A stretch of DNA of 64,000 nt from Eledone cirrhosa. Taxonomy: Eukaryota. Of the stretch, positions 13,894-28,367 are shown one piece after another. Made by a program: the position numbers and the translations under genes. The DNA lies in contig OZ024751.1 of NCBI GenBank assembly GCA_964016885.1, positions 36,332,001 through 36,396,000 on the forward strand, in the 5' to 3' direction. Position 1 is the first letter of the stretch. The number at the start of each line of letters is the position of its first letter. Below the pieces are notes generated by a model. The model saw nothing but the letters and a program-made list of their open reading frames with translations, was not told where the DNA came from and did not search any database.

Positions 13894-14456
13894 TATATTT
13901 ATATAGAGCTATAAAGTACACAATGAGTAAGAATAAGATCCCGGGACTTCACTGGTCTAGACGTAAGCTTATTAATCATTGCTCAGGTATCTCTACAATT
14001 GTTCTCAGCTCACCTTTTGTTATGCAGACAAATTATATGTGTCGTTCAACTTCCCACTATATCCGCCTTCGTTTTTGTTTTTTTCTGACCAATAACTATA
14101 GTGTTGTTTTGTTTTTCTATGTTTTATGTATGTTATTATGTTAACGTGTGTCACGTGGTACACTCCGTTTAGAGATATGGGTCATGTTCCAGCCTGATCT
14201 AACATTTGTTGTTGTTGTTATTGCTGTAGTCGTTGATGCTGTCAATGTAGTTGTCGTTTTTATTACTGCTGTTGTTGTCGTCGCTTTTGTTATTGTAGTT
14301 GATAGTATTGTTGTCGTTGATGTTGTTAATGTTGTTATTGTTGTTGACTACGGTATTGTTGTTGTTATTGCTGGTGTTCTTGCTGTAATTGTTGCAGTAA
14401 TTATTGCAGTTTTTGTTCTTGTTGTTGTTATTGTTGTTATTAATGTTCTTGTTGAT

Positions 14457-16870
14457 CTCCTTATTCTATCCCCACCCTCAAAGTTTCTTTCCCTACCTCA
14501 CTCATTCACCTCTCCTTATTCTATCCCCACCCTCAAAGATTTGTTCCCTACCTCACTCATTCAACTCTCCTTATTCTATCCCCACCCTCAAAGTTTCTTT
14601 CCCTACCTCACTCATTCACCTCTCCTTATTCTATCCCCACCCTCAAAGTTTCTTTCCCTACCTCACTCATTCACCTCTCCTTATTCTATCCCCACCCTCA
14701 AAGATTTGTTCCCTACATACCTCATTCACCTCTCCTTATTCTATCCCCACCCTCAAAGTTTCTTTCCCTACCTCACTCATTCACCTCTCCTTATTCTATC
14801 CCCACCCTCAAAGTTTCTTTCCCTACCTCACTCATTCACCTCTCCTTATTCTATCCCCACCCTCAAAGATTATTTCCCTACCTCACTCATTCAACTCTCC
14901 TTATTCTATCCCCACCCTCAAAGTTTCTTTCCCTACCTCACTCATTCAACTCTCCTTATTCTATCCCCACCCGCAAAGTTTCTTTCCCTACCTCACTCAT
15001 TCACCTCTCCTTATTCTATCCCCAACCCTCAAAGTTTCTTTCCCTACCTCACTCATTCACCTCTCCTTATTCTATCCCCCCTCAAAGTTTCTTTCCCTAC
15101 CTCACTCATTCACCTCTCCTTATTCTATCCCCAACCCTCAAAGTTTCTTTCCCTACCTCACTCATTCACCTCTCCTTATTCTATCCCCACCCTCAAAGAT
15201 TTGTTCCCTACCTCACTCATTCAACTCTCCTTATTCTATCCCCACCCTCAAAGTTTCTTTCCCTACCTCACTCATTCACCTCTCCTTATTCTATCCCCAC
15301 CCTCAAAGTTTCTTTCCCTACCTCACTCATTCACCTCTCCTTATTCTATCCCCACCCTCAAAGATTTGTTCCCTACATACCTCATTCACCTCTCCTTATT
15401 CTATCCCCACCCTCAAAGTTTCTTTCCCTACCTCACTCATTCACCTCTCCTTATTCTATCCCCACCCTCAAAGTTTCTTTCCCTACCTCACTCATTCACC
15501 TCTCCTTATTCTATCCCCACCCTCAAAGATTATTTCCCTACCTCACTCATTCAACTCTCCTTATTCTATCCCCACCCTCAAAGTTTCTTTCCCTACCTCA
15601 CTCATTCAACTCTCCTTATTCTATCCCCACCCGCAAAGTTTCTTTCCCTACCTCACTCATTCACCTCTCCTTATTCTATCCCCAACCCTCAAAGTTTCTT
15701 TCCCTACCTCACTCATTCACCTCTCCTTATTCTATCCCCCCTCAAAGTTTCTTTCCCTACCTCACTCATTCACCTCTCCTTATTCTATCCTCAACCCTCA
15801 AAGTTTCTTTCCCTACCTCACTCATTCACCTCTCCTTATTCTATCCCCAACCCTGAAAGATTATTTCCCTACCTCACTCATTCACCTCTCCTTATTCTAT
15901 CCCCAACCCTCAAAGATTATTTCCCTACCTCACTCATTCACCTCTCCTTATTCTATCCCCAACCCTCAAAGATTATTTCCCTACCTCACTCATTCACCTC
16001 TCCTTATTCTATCCCCAACCCTCAAAGATTATTTCCCTACCTCACTCATTCACCTCTCCTTATTCTATCCCCAACCCTCAAGGATTCTTTCCCTACCTCA
16101 CTCATTCACCTCTCCTTATTCTATCCCCACCCTCAAAGTTTCTTTCCCTACCTCACTCATTCACCTCTCCTTATTCTATCCCCAACCCTCAAGGATTCTT
16201 TCCCTACCTCACTCATTCACCTCTCCTTATTCTATCCCCACCCTCAAAGTTTCTTTCCCTACCTCACTCATTCACCTCTCCTTATTCTATCCCCAACCCT
16301 CAAAGTTTCTTTCCCTACCTCACTCATTCACCTCTGCTTATTCTATCCCCAACCCTCAAAGATTATTTCCCTACCTCACTCATTCACCTCTCCTTATTCT
16401 ATCCCCAACCCTCAAGGATTCTTTCCCTACCTCACTCATTCACCTCTCCTTATTCTATCCCCACACTCAAAGTTTCTCTCCCTACCTCACTCATTCACCT
16501 CTCCTTATTCTATCCCCAAGCCTCAAAGTTTCTTTCCCTACCTCACTCATTCACCTCTCCTTATTCTATCCCCACCCTCAAAGTTTCTCTCCCTACCTCA
16601 CTCATTCACCTCTCCTTATTCTATCCCCAACCCTCAAGGATTCTTTCCCTACCTCACTCATTCAACTCTCCTTATTCTATCCCCAACCCTCAAAGTTTCT
16701 TTCCCTACCTCACTCATTCACCTCTCCTTATTCTATCCCCAACCCTCAAGGATTCTTTCCCTACCTCACTCATTCAACTCTCCTTATTCTATCCCCACCC
16801 TCAAAGTTTCTTTCCCTACCTCACTCATTCACCTCTCCTTATTCTATCCCCAACCCTCAAGGATTATTTC
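14457..16870. repeat. Minisatellite, 55/56-bp unit, with a 660-bp higher-order duplication
   Basis: Unit CTCCTTATTCTATCCCCACCCTCAAAGTTTCTTTCCCTACCTCACTCATTCACCT; the variant pattern from 14521 recurs from 15181. Confidence 0.97.
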
Positions 16871-17376
16871 CATGTATTTATTCGCACAGACATCGACTCA
16901 ACTAAGAGAGAGTTTTACCCAGCCTTAATCAGTCTGAGAGAACTTACGAAGGCCACAGAAAATATCTACCCTATCCACCATTTAATCTCTGACTAATTAA
17001 TTGCAGAATAAAAACTCATTATCAAAGTTTTCTATATTTTTATCAAACAATCAGACAGCGTCGCAGATATCGTCGCCATTTTGCTTGCAGCCATCTAACG
17101 TTTAATGTGAATATTAGTTAGTGTGAACGAGAACAGTTTGTCAGACGGTAACAACTAAATCAGAAATATTGGATTAAAGAGAATGTGACAGATGTGAGAG
17201 AGGAAGGTTAAGGTAGACAAAATAATAATAACAATAAAAAATATCTTAACTGTAAACAGAAGTAATGACAGGAACCAAAATTATATATAGACACAGTAAT
17301 TAAATATGATTAGCATTTTGAGAAAAATAACTGCAATAGAGCTAAACATATTTACTCATTCCTTCTACCTTACTTC

Positions 17377-17412
<36 letters not shown>

Positions 17413-17543
17413 TCCTCTATCTCTCTCTCTATCTCTCTCTTCCTCTCTCTCTCTCTCTCTCTCTCTCTCGCTCTCTCTGATTCTCTTTCTCTATGACTCT
17501 CTCTCTCTCTCTCTCTCTCGCTTTCTCTGATTCTCTTTCTCTA

Positions 17544-17578
<35 letters not shown>

Positions 17579-17607
17579 TTCTCTGATTCTCTTTCTCTAT
17601 AAATCTC

Positions 17608-17641
<34 letters not shown>

Positions 17642-17666
17642 ACTCTCTCTCTCTCTCTCTCTCTCT

Positions 17667-17761
<95 letters not shown>

Positions 17762-17858
17762 CCATCTGTCTTAACTTTTTTCTTTACTTCATTCTCCCTC
17801 TTTCTTTATCTGACTCTACATTTCACTGTAACAATCGCTTCTTTCCTCTCTCTCTCTC

Positions 17859-17903
<45 letters not shown>

Positions 17904-17907
17904 GTGT

Positions 17908-17956
<49 letters not shown>

Positions 17957-18015
17957 GTTGTTTGGTTGTTTGGTTGTTTGGTTGTGTGTGTGAAAGAATG
18001 TGCATGTGTCAGTGT

Positions 18016-18107
<92 letters not shown>

Positions 18108-18215
18108 AAGAAAATGCGTGCGGAAATTATAGTTATATATTTATATACATATCGATAATTTTCTGTGTGCATTTATATATACATATATACATCTATATAC
18201 ATATATACATCTATC

Positions 18216-18353
<138 letters not shown>

Positions 18354-18833
18354 CATATATATATATGTATTTATATACATATATATATATATATATTTAG
18401 AAACACAGATACATGCGGACACACACATATATACATGAATGCATCCGCACCCAACTGTGAGTTAAGGGTGCCAACTTCACCGATGTTGCTCAATGAATGA
18501 CTGGGACAGACTAATTCAGTTTGAACCAGACTGAACCAGTATCAGAGTTAAAAATACATTATGAAGAGAGAAGAAACATTTAGATATAATTAGTAATAAA
18601 ATGTATCATACCTAAACTGTTCCTAAATTCCTCGACTACGTAGTTTCGTGGCATAAACAAAAACAATATATCAAAGATATAGAGTCCTCCGCCTCCGTGG
18701 TATTTTCTTCGTGGTTATAAGAGGCTTAGCTCTGTTTCTCGACCGTTATATCGCGTGACTGTCTCCCCCTCCGCCTTTTGGGATTCTTTCTCACGTCGTG
18801 TAGACGCGTTCTTGAGACTAGTAAAATGAGGTA

Positions 18834-18921
18834 TCCTCTTGATAAGTCGGCAGACCTCGCAAGGACTCTATATCTTTGATATATTGTTTTTGTTTATGCC
18901 ACGAAACTACGTAGTCGAGGA
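18834..18921 (+). ncRNA. Type I hammerhead ribozyme (U3-A8 core, palindromic stem III)
   Basis: TCCTC-TTGATAA-GT(C)GGCA...TGCCAC-GAAA-CTACGTAG-TC-GAGGA; predicted GUC cleavage after 18916. Confidence 0.85.
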
Positions 18922-19422
18922 ATTTAGGAACAGTTTAGGTATGATACATTTTATTACTAATTATATCTAAATGTTTCTTCTCTCTTCATAATGTATTTTT
19001 AACTCTGATACTGGTTCAGTCTGGTTCAAACTGAATTAGTCTGTCCCAGTCATTCATTGAGCAACATCGGTGAAGTTGGCACCCTTAACTCACAGTTGGG
19101 TGCGGATGCATTCATGTATATATGTGTGTGTCCGCATGTATCTGTGTTTCTAAATATATTAATAACTCCCTCTGGTCGAGCAATCTTTGAAGTGTGGGGA
19201 CAACTGGAAAGCTTCCATTACTCATACTTCTCGCCTTCTTCACTACCTCTTCTACGGCCTCGATATGAATACCCCCTCCGCCTCCGTGGTATTTTCTTCG
19301 TGGTTATAAGAGGCTTAGCTCTGTTTCTCGACCGTTATATCGCGTGACTGTCTCCCCCTCCGCCTTTTGGGATTCTTTCTCACGTCGTGTAGACGCGTTC
19401 TTGAGACTAGTAAAATGAGGTA

Positions 19423-19510
19423 TCCTCTTGATAAGTCGGCAGACCTCGCAAGGACTCTATATCTTTGATATATTGTTTTTGTTTATGCCACGAAACTACG
19501 TAGTCGAGGA
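19423..19510 (+). ncRNA. Type I hammerhead ribozyme, identical second copy
   Basis: Same sequence as 18834-18921; predicted cleavage after 19505. Confidence 0.85.
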
Positions 19511-19588
19511 ATTTAGGAACAGTTTAGGTATGATACATTTTATTACTAATTATATCTAAATGTTTCTTCTCTCTTCATAATGTATATA

Positions 19589-19619
<31 letters not shown>

Positions 19620-19624
19620 GTATT

Positions 19625-19671
<47 letters not shown>

Positions 19672-19676
19672 GTATT

Positions 19677-19849
<173 letters not shown>

Positions 19850-20054
19850 CATACTGTGAACCCCCCCCCCCCCCTCTCTTATTTGAAGAACTATTGTAAC
19901 GCGAACTGGCGCGAAATTTATTATAATTATTGACAAACCAATCAAATTACTTCTCGAAAAACCTGGCTTTCGAGCCACTTTTTCCATATAAAACAAGTAA
20001 CATTTAGAGACCAACCAGATGTGAGAAAAACCACAGACCCTCCATCTCAACTCA

Positions 20055-20092
20055 CCTTTTGAAAAGCAGAAGAACTGCGAAACCGGTAAAGG
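20055..20092 (+). ncRNA. Minimal 38-nt type I hammerhead ribozyme (U3-A8 core) in an island (~19875-20230) ending at (TA)n
   Basis: CCTT-TTGAAAA-GCAG(AAGAA)CTGC-GAAA-CCGG-TA-AAGG. Stems I and II are perfect, stem III is palindromic and the site is GUA. Confidence 0.8.
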
Positions 20093-20224
20093 AACCAAAT
20101 AAATATATATATTTTTTTAAAAAATAAGACTTCAGTTGCATTTTCGATTTCATCTCTTTTTCTTTATACTTCCACTCGTGTAGGACACCTCGGTTATTTT
20201 TCATTTTGTAAAAAAAAACCTCAC

Positions 20225-20277
<53 letters not shown>

Positions 20278-20278
20278 A

Positions 20279-20573
20279 ATAAAGAAGAAATTAAAAGATG
20301 GTTAAAAAAGTCCCATATATTTTATTATGCGCATTTCGAAAACAACATCATCCTGGGACAAAAATATTTAACTTATTTTATTTGATGAGAACACAATTTT
20401 TGTCCCAGGATGATGATATTTTCGAAATGTGCATAATAAAATATATGGAACTTTTTTAACCATCTTTTAATTTCTTCTTTATATAATATACTCCAGTTCT
20501 ACGAACTGTTGAGTGCTACTTATCTGATATATGCATAGTTTTATTGTTCTACAATATTACTCACCTCCTACAT
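20279..20573 (+). mobile_element. TA-embedded fold-back element with HHR
   Basis: 87-bp inverted arms at 20279-20365 and 20396-20482, then a unique 3' tail running into (TA)n. Confidence 0.8.
20374..20443 (+). ncRNA. Type I hammerhead-like motif (U3 variant)
   Basis: TATTTTAT-TTGATGA-GAA...TTC-GAAA-TGTGCA-TA-ATAAAATA. Stem I is 8 bp; the inverted arm preserves the perfect palindrome TGCGCA. Confidence 0.65.
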
Positions 20574-20612
20574 TATATATATATATATATATATATATAT
20601 ACGTATATATGC

Positions 20613-20643
<31 letters not shown>

Positions 20644-20760
20644 TATAGATAATTTAATATATCTACTAACATAAGCGCACAGATGTACGCCAATGCCAGC
20701 AAATACACAGGTTATGTCATAGTACCTAGGTGGTTCGATGCAGGAGAATGCAGAACAATA

Positions 20761-20872
20761 ATATAAAAGACGTAAAATAAGAAAATTAAAAAAAAAAAAT
20801 TTTTTTTTAAATTAAAGTAAGTTAATTTTTAAAAAAAAATTTTTTTTTTTAATTTTCTTATTTTACGTCTTT

Positions 20873-20877
<5 letters not shown>
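20761..20877. repeat. AT-rich palindrome at the end of a TA-flanked island
   Basis: ataaaagacgtaaaataagaaaatt...aattttcttattttacgtcttttat. Confidence 0.85.
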
Positions 20878-20960
<83 letters not shown>

Positions 20961-21031
20961 TAGATAGATATACATATATATATATATATACACACACACA
21001 TATATATACACACGCACACACACACACACAC

Positions 21032-21109
<78 letters not shown>

Positions 21110-21462
21110 GTATTATTGATGATTTTTTGAAAAGTTTTCCTGTTTTATATTTTTTCCTACCAAAATAATATAGAAATAGTAACAAAAAAAAAAACCTACA
21201 AACATTTTTCAGTTTTCCTATCACAAAGGATATAAATGCTGCATACAAGGTTGTCAAATGTCTTTATTTGTCTTCCAACATTCTTTCTCTTCGTCTCTCT
21301 CTCTCTCTCTCCCTCACCCTCTGACCCCCCTCTATCTCTCTCTATATATATTCTCTCTCTCTCTATCTATCTACCTTTCTGTCAATCTCACCGTCACTCT
21401 CTCTATCTCTCCTGCATTACTTCCTTTTTACTTCCTCATTGTTTTACATGACTTGTTGTATA

Positions 21463-21526
<64 letters not shown>

Positions 21527-21540
21527 TGTGTGTGTGTGCG

Positions 21541-21609
<69 letters not shown>

Positions 21610-21699
21610 ATATATATATATATATAGGGAGACGATCGACTTTCGTCAGATCGGACCGAGAGAACAATGTTTTCGTTGGTCTTTCCAATTGCTAACACT

Positions 21700-21844
21700 A
21701 TCTATCGGACGCAACTCCAGGTAGAAGGAGCAACGTGAAATAAAGTGTCTTGCTCAAGGACATAACGCATCGCCTGGTCCAGGAATCGAACTCACAACCG
21801 TACGATTGCGAATCCAATTCTCTAACCACTCAGCCACACGCCTT

Positions 21845-21848
<4 letters not shown>
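21700..21848 (-). mobile_element. tRNA-derived SINE (family 2)
   Basis: Minus-strand head TGTGAAGGCGTGTGGCTGAGTGGTTAGA (A box) and GAGTTCGATTCC (B box), then GTCCTTGAGCAAGACACTTTATTTCACGTTGCTCC. Confidence 0.9.
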
Positions 21849-21911
<63 letters not shown>

Positions 21912-21957
21912 TTAATACAATAACAGAGATAGCTTAAAGCAAAACTCCGACTGGTAA

Positions 21958-22001
<44 letters not shown>

Positions 22002-22249
22002 ACATATGAATGTAATGAAATTCAACACCTCGTCCATATTATATATATATATATATATATACATTTCTAGGTTCACAACTACAGTCAGACTGACAAGAGA
22101 CAAACAAAAGTATAAACAAACAAATCCTATATTTATATCCATAGAATTTACGGGAATCTACATACTCATAAACAGAACTGACATGATTGTAAAACAACAC
22201 ACACTCACATATACCCACATATACAAACATATATATATATGTGTGTGTA

Positions 22250-22328
<79 letters not shown>

Positions 22329-22709
22329 GAGAGAGAGTGTATGTGTGTGTGTGTGTACGCGAATGAGTTAGGTAGATAAAAAGATAGTTTCATAGACAGA
22401 ACGTTCTCTAGGTGTGTATATATATATATATATATATAGATAGAGAGAGAGAGAGAGAGAGAGAGGGGGGGAGACAGAGACAGTCAGTCAGAGACACAAA
22501 TAGATGGGCAGATAGGAAAAGAGACAGAGAGAGAGAGAGGGAGAAAGATAGACCAAGAGAGATCGAAACCAACAGAACGACAGACTAACAAACCAACAGA
22601 CAATAAAACCGACAGACAGACAGACAGACTAATGCCAGCTTTATTGTCGAACATGAATAATAAATCTATGTTAATATCCACGATTCTTTAGTGCGCAGCT
22701 GAATACCAG

Positions 22710-22762
<53 letters not shown>

Positions 22763-22803
22763 TGTGTGTGTGTGTGAGTGCGTGTGTGTCTGAGTGTGCG
22801 TAA

Positions 22804-22850
<47 letters not shown>

Positions 22851-22868
22851 TGTGTGTGCGTTTGTTTG

Positions 22869-22901
<33 letters not shown>

Positions 22902-22982
22902 ATATATATGTGTGTGTGAGTGTGTGTGTGTGTCTGAGTGTGTGTAAGTATGTGTGTGTGTGTGTGTTTGTTTGTATATATA

Positions 22983-23107
<125 letters not shown>

Positions 23108-23824
23108 GATGTTTGAAAGTTTATGAAAACGATGTTTCATCATAAATATAATGACTGCCTGGTGTTCCGCTGTTGTTGTTGTTGTTGTTTTGTTGTTTGA
23201 CTGTTGACTGCTGAATAACAATAACGGAAACTACAACAACAACAACAACAGTAATACCAACAAACGGAAGAAGAAGAAGAAGAAGAAGAAGAAGAAGAAG
23301 AAGAAGAAGAAGAAGAAGAAGAAGAAGAAGAAGAAGAAGAAGAAGAAGAAGAAGAAGAAGAATGATGATGAATTCTACTTCATGACAGTAAGCCAACTCA
23401 TACCATCTGTTACACATCTGGTATTCTGTATGTATTCCGGCATTCTATATTCTGTATTCTGCATTCGTGTTCGTTTTTCTGTTTGTTATTGTTTGTTGTT
23501 GTTGTTCATTTGTTTGTATGTTGTAGCTGGTTGTCAGCGGCTGTTTGTTGTAACTGCAATAACAAACGAGGTGTTGTTTAAGACGGTATCAAATACAGAA
23601 TAGTTAGACTTGCCAGAAGAATATCACAGAAAACTGGCCAATTTGGCACTGGCACAATGGTAAACGGATTCTCAAACGAAATTCTTTAAATGTTTATTGC
23701 TCTCATAATCAACCTCAGTATCATCATCATTATCATCGTCATCATAGTCCTCATCGAAGCCCTTATGGACCGCATCAACATCGTCCTCATCATCATCATC
23801 ATTGTCCTCATAATAAAATTAATT

Positions 23825-23950
23825 GTTTCAGCATTTGGCACAAGGCCAGCAATTTGAAGCGAAAGGGAAATCGATCAAATCGACCTCAGTAAATTACAGG
23901 TACTTTATTTCATCGACCCTGTAATGATGAAAGGTAAAGTAAACCCCGGC
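23825..23950 (-). mobile_element. SINE family 1, 3' part
   Basis: ggcacaaggccagcaatt...ggtactttattt-atcgaccc...atgaaagg. Confidence 0.85.
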
Positions 23951-23992
23951 TTTTAATAATAATATCGCTTTTAATAATAATAATAATAATAA

Positions 23993-24112
23993 TGTTTCTA
24001 CTTTTGGCACAAGGCCAGCAATTACCCCAGTGTATTACTGGTACTTTATTTTATCGACCCCGTAAGGATGAAAGTCAAAGTTAACCTGGCAGGATTTGAA
24101 CTCAGAACGTAA
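23993..24112 (-). mobile_element. SINE family 1, 3' part with B box
   Basis: ggcacaaggccagcaatt...actggtactttattttatcgaccccgtaaggatgaaag...ggatttgaactcaga. Confidence 0.9.
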
Positions 24113-24704
24113 AGGAGGTAGCAATTACAACAACAATAACAACAACAGCATCAACAATACAATCTTCCCCACCGCCACTATCACCACCACCAGGAAGATA
24201 TGAAGTTTGTTGATATTAGTAATAAAAAAATAATTATATGATTTGGGGTATTTATGCCTTTCAATAATGGATGTAATCTTTTTAATCTAGATAATCAATC
24301 AAAACATAAACGGCAGATAGAGATTATCGATTTATGATCTTCCTATCAGACACAGTCAAGCATATCATTACCCAGGGGCAATAGTAGAAGTAATTCCTAC
24401 TTACATATGTATGAGGTTTGAGACTTATTCGTGTTATGGGCAATGACGTTCAGTTTTCTCAGAGGCATTATCAACATAATTGAAAATCAGGAGACTGGAT
24501 CTTAAGTCTGCAAGTCTTTTGGGAGCATATACCTGTATTTAGTTATATAGCTTCAGTTAAGTTAGACAGCTGCATCAAATTAGACATAAGCCTTGTCACT
24601 CTCATCTTCAGCATCATCAGATATGCACTGAACTACTAATGTGGTAGGCCCATTGGAGGTTTATAACCAGCGAGGTTATTTTTGAGAATATTATTGTATA
24701 AAAT

Positions 24705-24890
24705 CGGTGGATTGGCAGTATCGGTAGAGAGTCGGACACCATGCTTTGAAGCATAGAGTTACGTCCCTTTATGATCTGAGTTCAAATCCCGCCGAGGTTA
24801 ACTTTGCCTTTCATCCTTACGGGGTCGATAAAATAAAGTACCAGTAATGCACTGTGTAATTGCCGGCCTTGTGCCAAAGAGTAGAAACAA
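24705..24890 (+). mobile_element. SINE family 1, full length
   Basis: ggtggattggcagtatcggtagag...gagttcaaatcccgccgagg...ggccttgtgccaaa. Confidence 0.92.
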
Positions 24891-25114
24891 TTATTGTATA
24901 AAATCAGAAATAAATTGCATTGGCTTGTAAAAGCAAGGATATTTATGGTCGATATGAATATTATGGTGTAGTTTGTCTACCGTAATAACTACCTCACCTT
25001 TATCGTTAAACTACCTCCACTTATCCAGTTTATTCATCAAATTTCGAAGATTTGTGAAATGAAATTTTTGTGAGATATTGCAACTATTTTATAAGAAGTT
25101 CTGCGACAGACGTT

Positions 25115-25270
25115 GGTGGATTAGTAGAATCGTTAGAACCTCGGCCGAAATAATATGAGGTGTTTCATCGGGTTCTTTGTGTTCTGAGGTCAAATTTGTC
25201 TGAAGTCAAATGTAACTTTCATCATTCTGGGGCCAATAAACTAAAGTACCAATGAATCACTGGGTCGATA
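25115..25270 (+). mobile_element. Decayed SINE family 1
   Basis: ggtggattagtagaatcgttagaa...ctgaggtcaaattt...tttcatcattctgggg...aaagtacca. Confidence 0.7.
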
Positions 25271-25324
25271 TAATATATAAATCGGGGGAGGGGTGTTCAT
25301 ATATAAATATATGAATATATGTAC

Positions 25325-25372
<48 letters not shown>

Positions 25373-25601
25373 ATTTGTGAGTTATAATATATACAAATAT
25401 ATATATATAAATATATATGTAAAGTGCATTAATGCTATATAGTTCTTTTAGGCTATACAATAACAGAAACAACAATACCAATATTGATTTCATGTTTTTC
25501 AGCTTTTCAATAAAAGTTCACTTTATTTACTTATTTGTATATTGTAATTTTCATTGTTCAATTTTTAAGCAACATTGAATTATATTACAAATTTAATGTC
25601 A

Positions 25602-25758
<157 letters not shown>

Positions 25759-25764
25759 GTGTAT

Positions 25765-25879
<115 letters not shown>

Positions 25880-26014
25880 AAATGAGAGAATGACCATCGT
25901 GAAAAATGTATATAAATACATTCATGCATATATTTATATGTATACATAGATAAATATATATATAGGTATATATAGATATGTATTTATATATGTATATATA
26001 TAAATATGTATATG

Positions 26015-26217
<203 letters not shown>

Positions 26218-26490
26218 TATATATGTGTGTGTGTCTGTATGTGGGTAAAGCTTGCATAATGGAAGATTTGTTTTCGTCAAAGCCATACAATTTGTAAATC
26301 GCATGAGTTGTATTTTTTCTCTCATTTTTCCTGTTTTCCAATTGTTCTTTCCACCGTGTTTCCATTATTAAGTATTATTTTGATTCTCATCTCACTGAAA
26401 ACACAACAAACTTACTTCTCACTGATTTATTTTACTTCTTTCTCTTTTTCCTTCTCCTGGCGTTTGGTCTCGGCAGAAAGCAAACTTCTT

Positions 26491-26552
<62 letters not shown>

Positions 26553-26648
26553 GTATATATATATATATATGAATATAAATATATAGAGATATTTAAATAT
26601 ATATGAATATATTTATGTATATACGTATATATATATATATATATATAC

Positions 26649-26721
<73 letters not shown>

Positions 26722-26935
26722 TGCATGCGTCTATGTGCTTTCCATGTTTACTTATTTGCTTATTTGCTTATGGAGTAGCCACAAAAAATTCACCAAAAAG
26801 GAATTTCGTAGGATATGTTTTTTTTAAATCCATAACTTTGAAACTTCATTGTTTTAATCTAAAATCGCCGAATAGATGAAAGAACTGCCAGTATTTGCAA
26901 CATACATACATACATTCATACATACACACATACAA

Positions 26936-26974
<39 letters not shown>

Positions 26975-27016
26975 CGTACGTACATACATATGGATATATA
27001 CAATATATATATATAA

Positions 27017-27108
<92 letters not shown>

Positions 27109-27117
27109 CTATATATC

Positions 27118-27148
<31 letters not shown>

Positions 27149-27426
27149 GTGTGTGTATGTAGAGAGAGACTGTTTGTGTGTGGAAAAGAGAGAGAGGAGG
27201 ATTTCAGGCACATACGGTAGTATTTAGGAAACAGCTTTAACTTTGTTACTGTTGAAATATATAAACTTCTAAAAAAAATATATTTCGAACGGTTGTCATC
27301 ACTGAGTGATTTATTATTTCTATCACAAATATTATCTCGACTCTGTTCATTTTGTTTCATTCTGTCGTCACGTGATACACCTCTCCTGGTTAGACAACCC
27401 CTCTCTGTATTAATGGTAACATTCCT

Positions 27427-27607
27427 GGATTGGCATTATCGGTAGAGGCTTGGACGCCATGCTTTCTAGCATAGTTACGTCCCTTTGCAGTCTGAGTTCA
27501 AATCCCGCCGAGGTTAACTTTGCCTTTCATCCTTACGAGGTCGATAAAATAAAGTACGAGTAATGTACTGGGTAATTGTTAGCCTTGTGCCTAAAGTAGA
27601 AACAATT
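27427..27607 (+). mobile_element. SINE family 1, full length
   Basis: tggattggcattatcggtagag...gagttcaaatcccgccgaggttaactttgcctttcatcc...gccttgtgcctaaagtagaaacaa. Confidence 0.92.
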
Positions 27608-27660
27608 ATTGCGTAAGTATTTCTTTAAAATTATTCGTCATATATTCACATACATAAACA

Positions 27661-28015
27661 CAGGGGCGATGGAAGCATTTCTGATTTAAAGGGGCCAAAT
27701 TTGGACAATTTAGTTGTGATTAGTTTAGCTCTTTGCACTCTAAAATGGTCAGAAAACTTCGATATGTGATAAACATAACATGTACATAAATTGTAGCGCA
27801 TGTCCAAATATTTGTGCTTTGGTAGATTGGGGAGAAAAATAGAGCACCAAACTCTCACCCTCTCTATATATATCTACTACACGGAACTCTCTTCTAATAC
27901 CCCTCTCTATCACAATTAGAACCAAACTCTCCCACTCTCTATATATCTACTACATGGAACTCTCTTTCAATACCCCTCTCTATATCAATTAGCACCAAAC
28001 TCACCCCCTCTCTAT
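27661..28015 (+). mobile_element. Dispersed repeat, possibly a hAT-like DNA transposon left end
   Basis: Starts CAGGGGCGATGGAAGCATTTCTGA; ~180 bp are clearly homologous to the sequence from 63204. The superfamily is a guess from the CAGGG start. Confidence 0.65.
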
Positions 28016-28246
28016 ATGTACCATACAACAGTTTCCCCCTTTCAAAATAAAATTATACTTTTATTTTAACTATATGTTTATATTTTTATTATTTTATTAT
28101 TTTAAAAAAAATAATTTCAGGGGAAACATCTTTCGTTATGCTGTATGAATTTACATAATTAATCTAAATTAATTATTCGCTAATCAGTAACTTTTTTCAA
28201 ATGTTGATTGTAGTACTTCAGGGCATACAACAGTTTTAAGTTTCTA

Positions 28247-28286
<40 letters not shown>

Positions 28287-28367
28287 TTTAGAAAGAATCA
28301 GAAAGTGTCATATGACTTGTGGCCTACTTCTACTAAATGTATGACCACGTTAGGACTATCGAGGCTA

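Larger units (their letters stand above)
18391..19585 (+). mobile_element. Young non-autonomous Penelope-like or retrozyme-like element with two HHRs, a partial tandem repeat and an inverted 5' arm, inserted in (TA)n
   Basis: 298-bp inverted arms at 18391-18688 and 18862-19159; 311-bp direct repeat at 18686-18996 and 19275-19585 (period 589); an HHR in each direct repeat; (TA)n on both sides. Confidence 0.85.

Noticed and set aside
14148-16928. 926 and 833 aa ORFs
   Set aside because: They come from the 55/56-bp pyrimidine-rich minisatellite, and the peptide simply cycles through the three frames.
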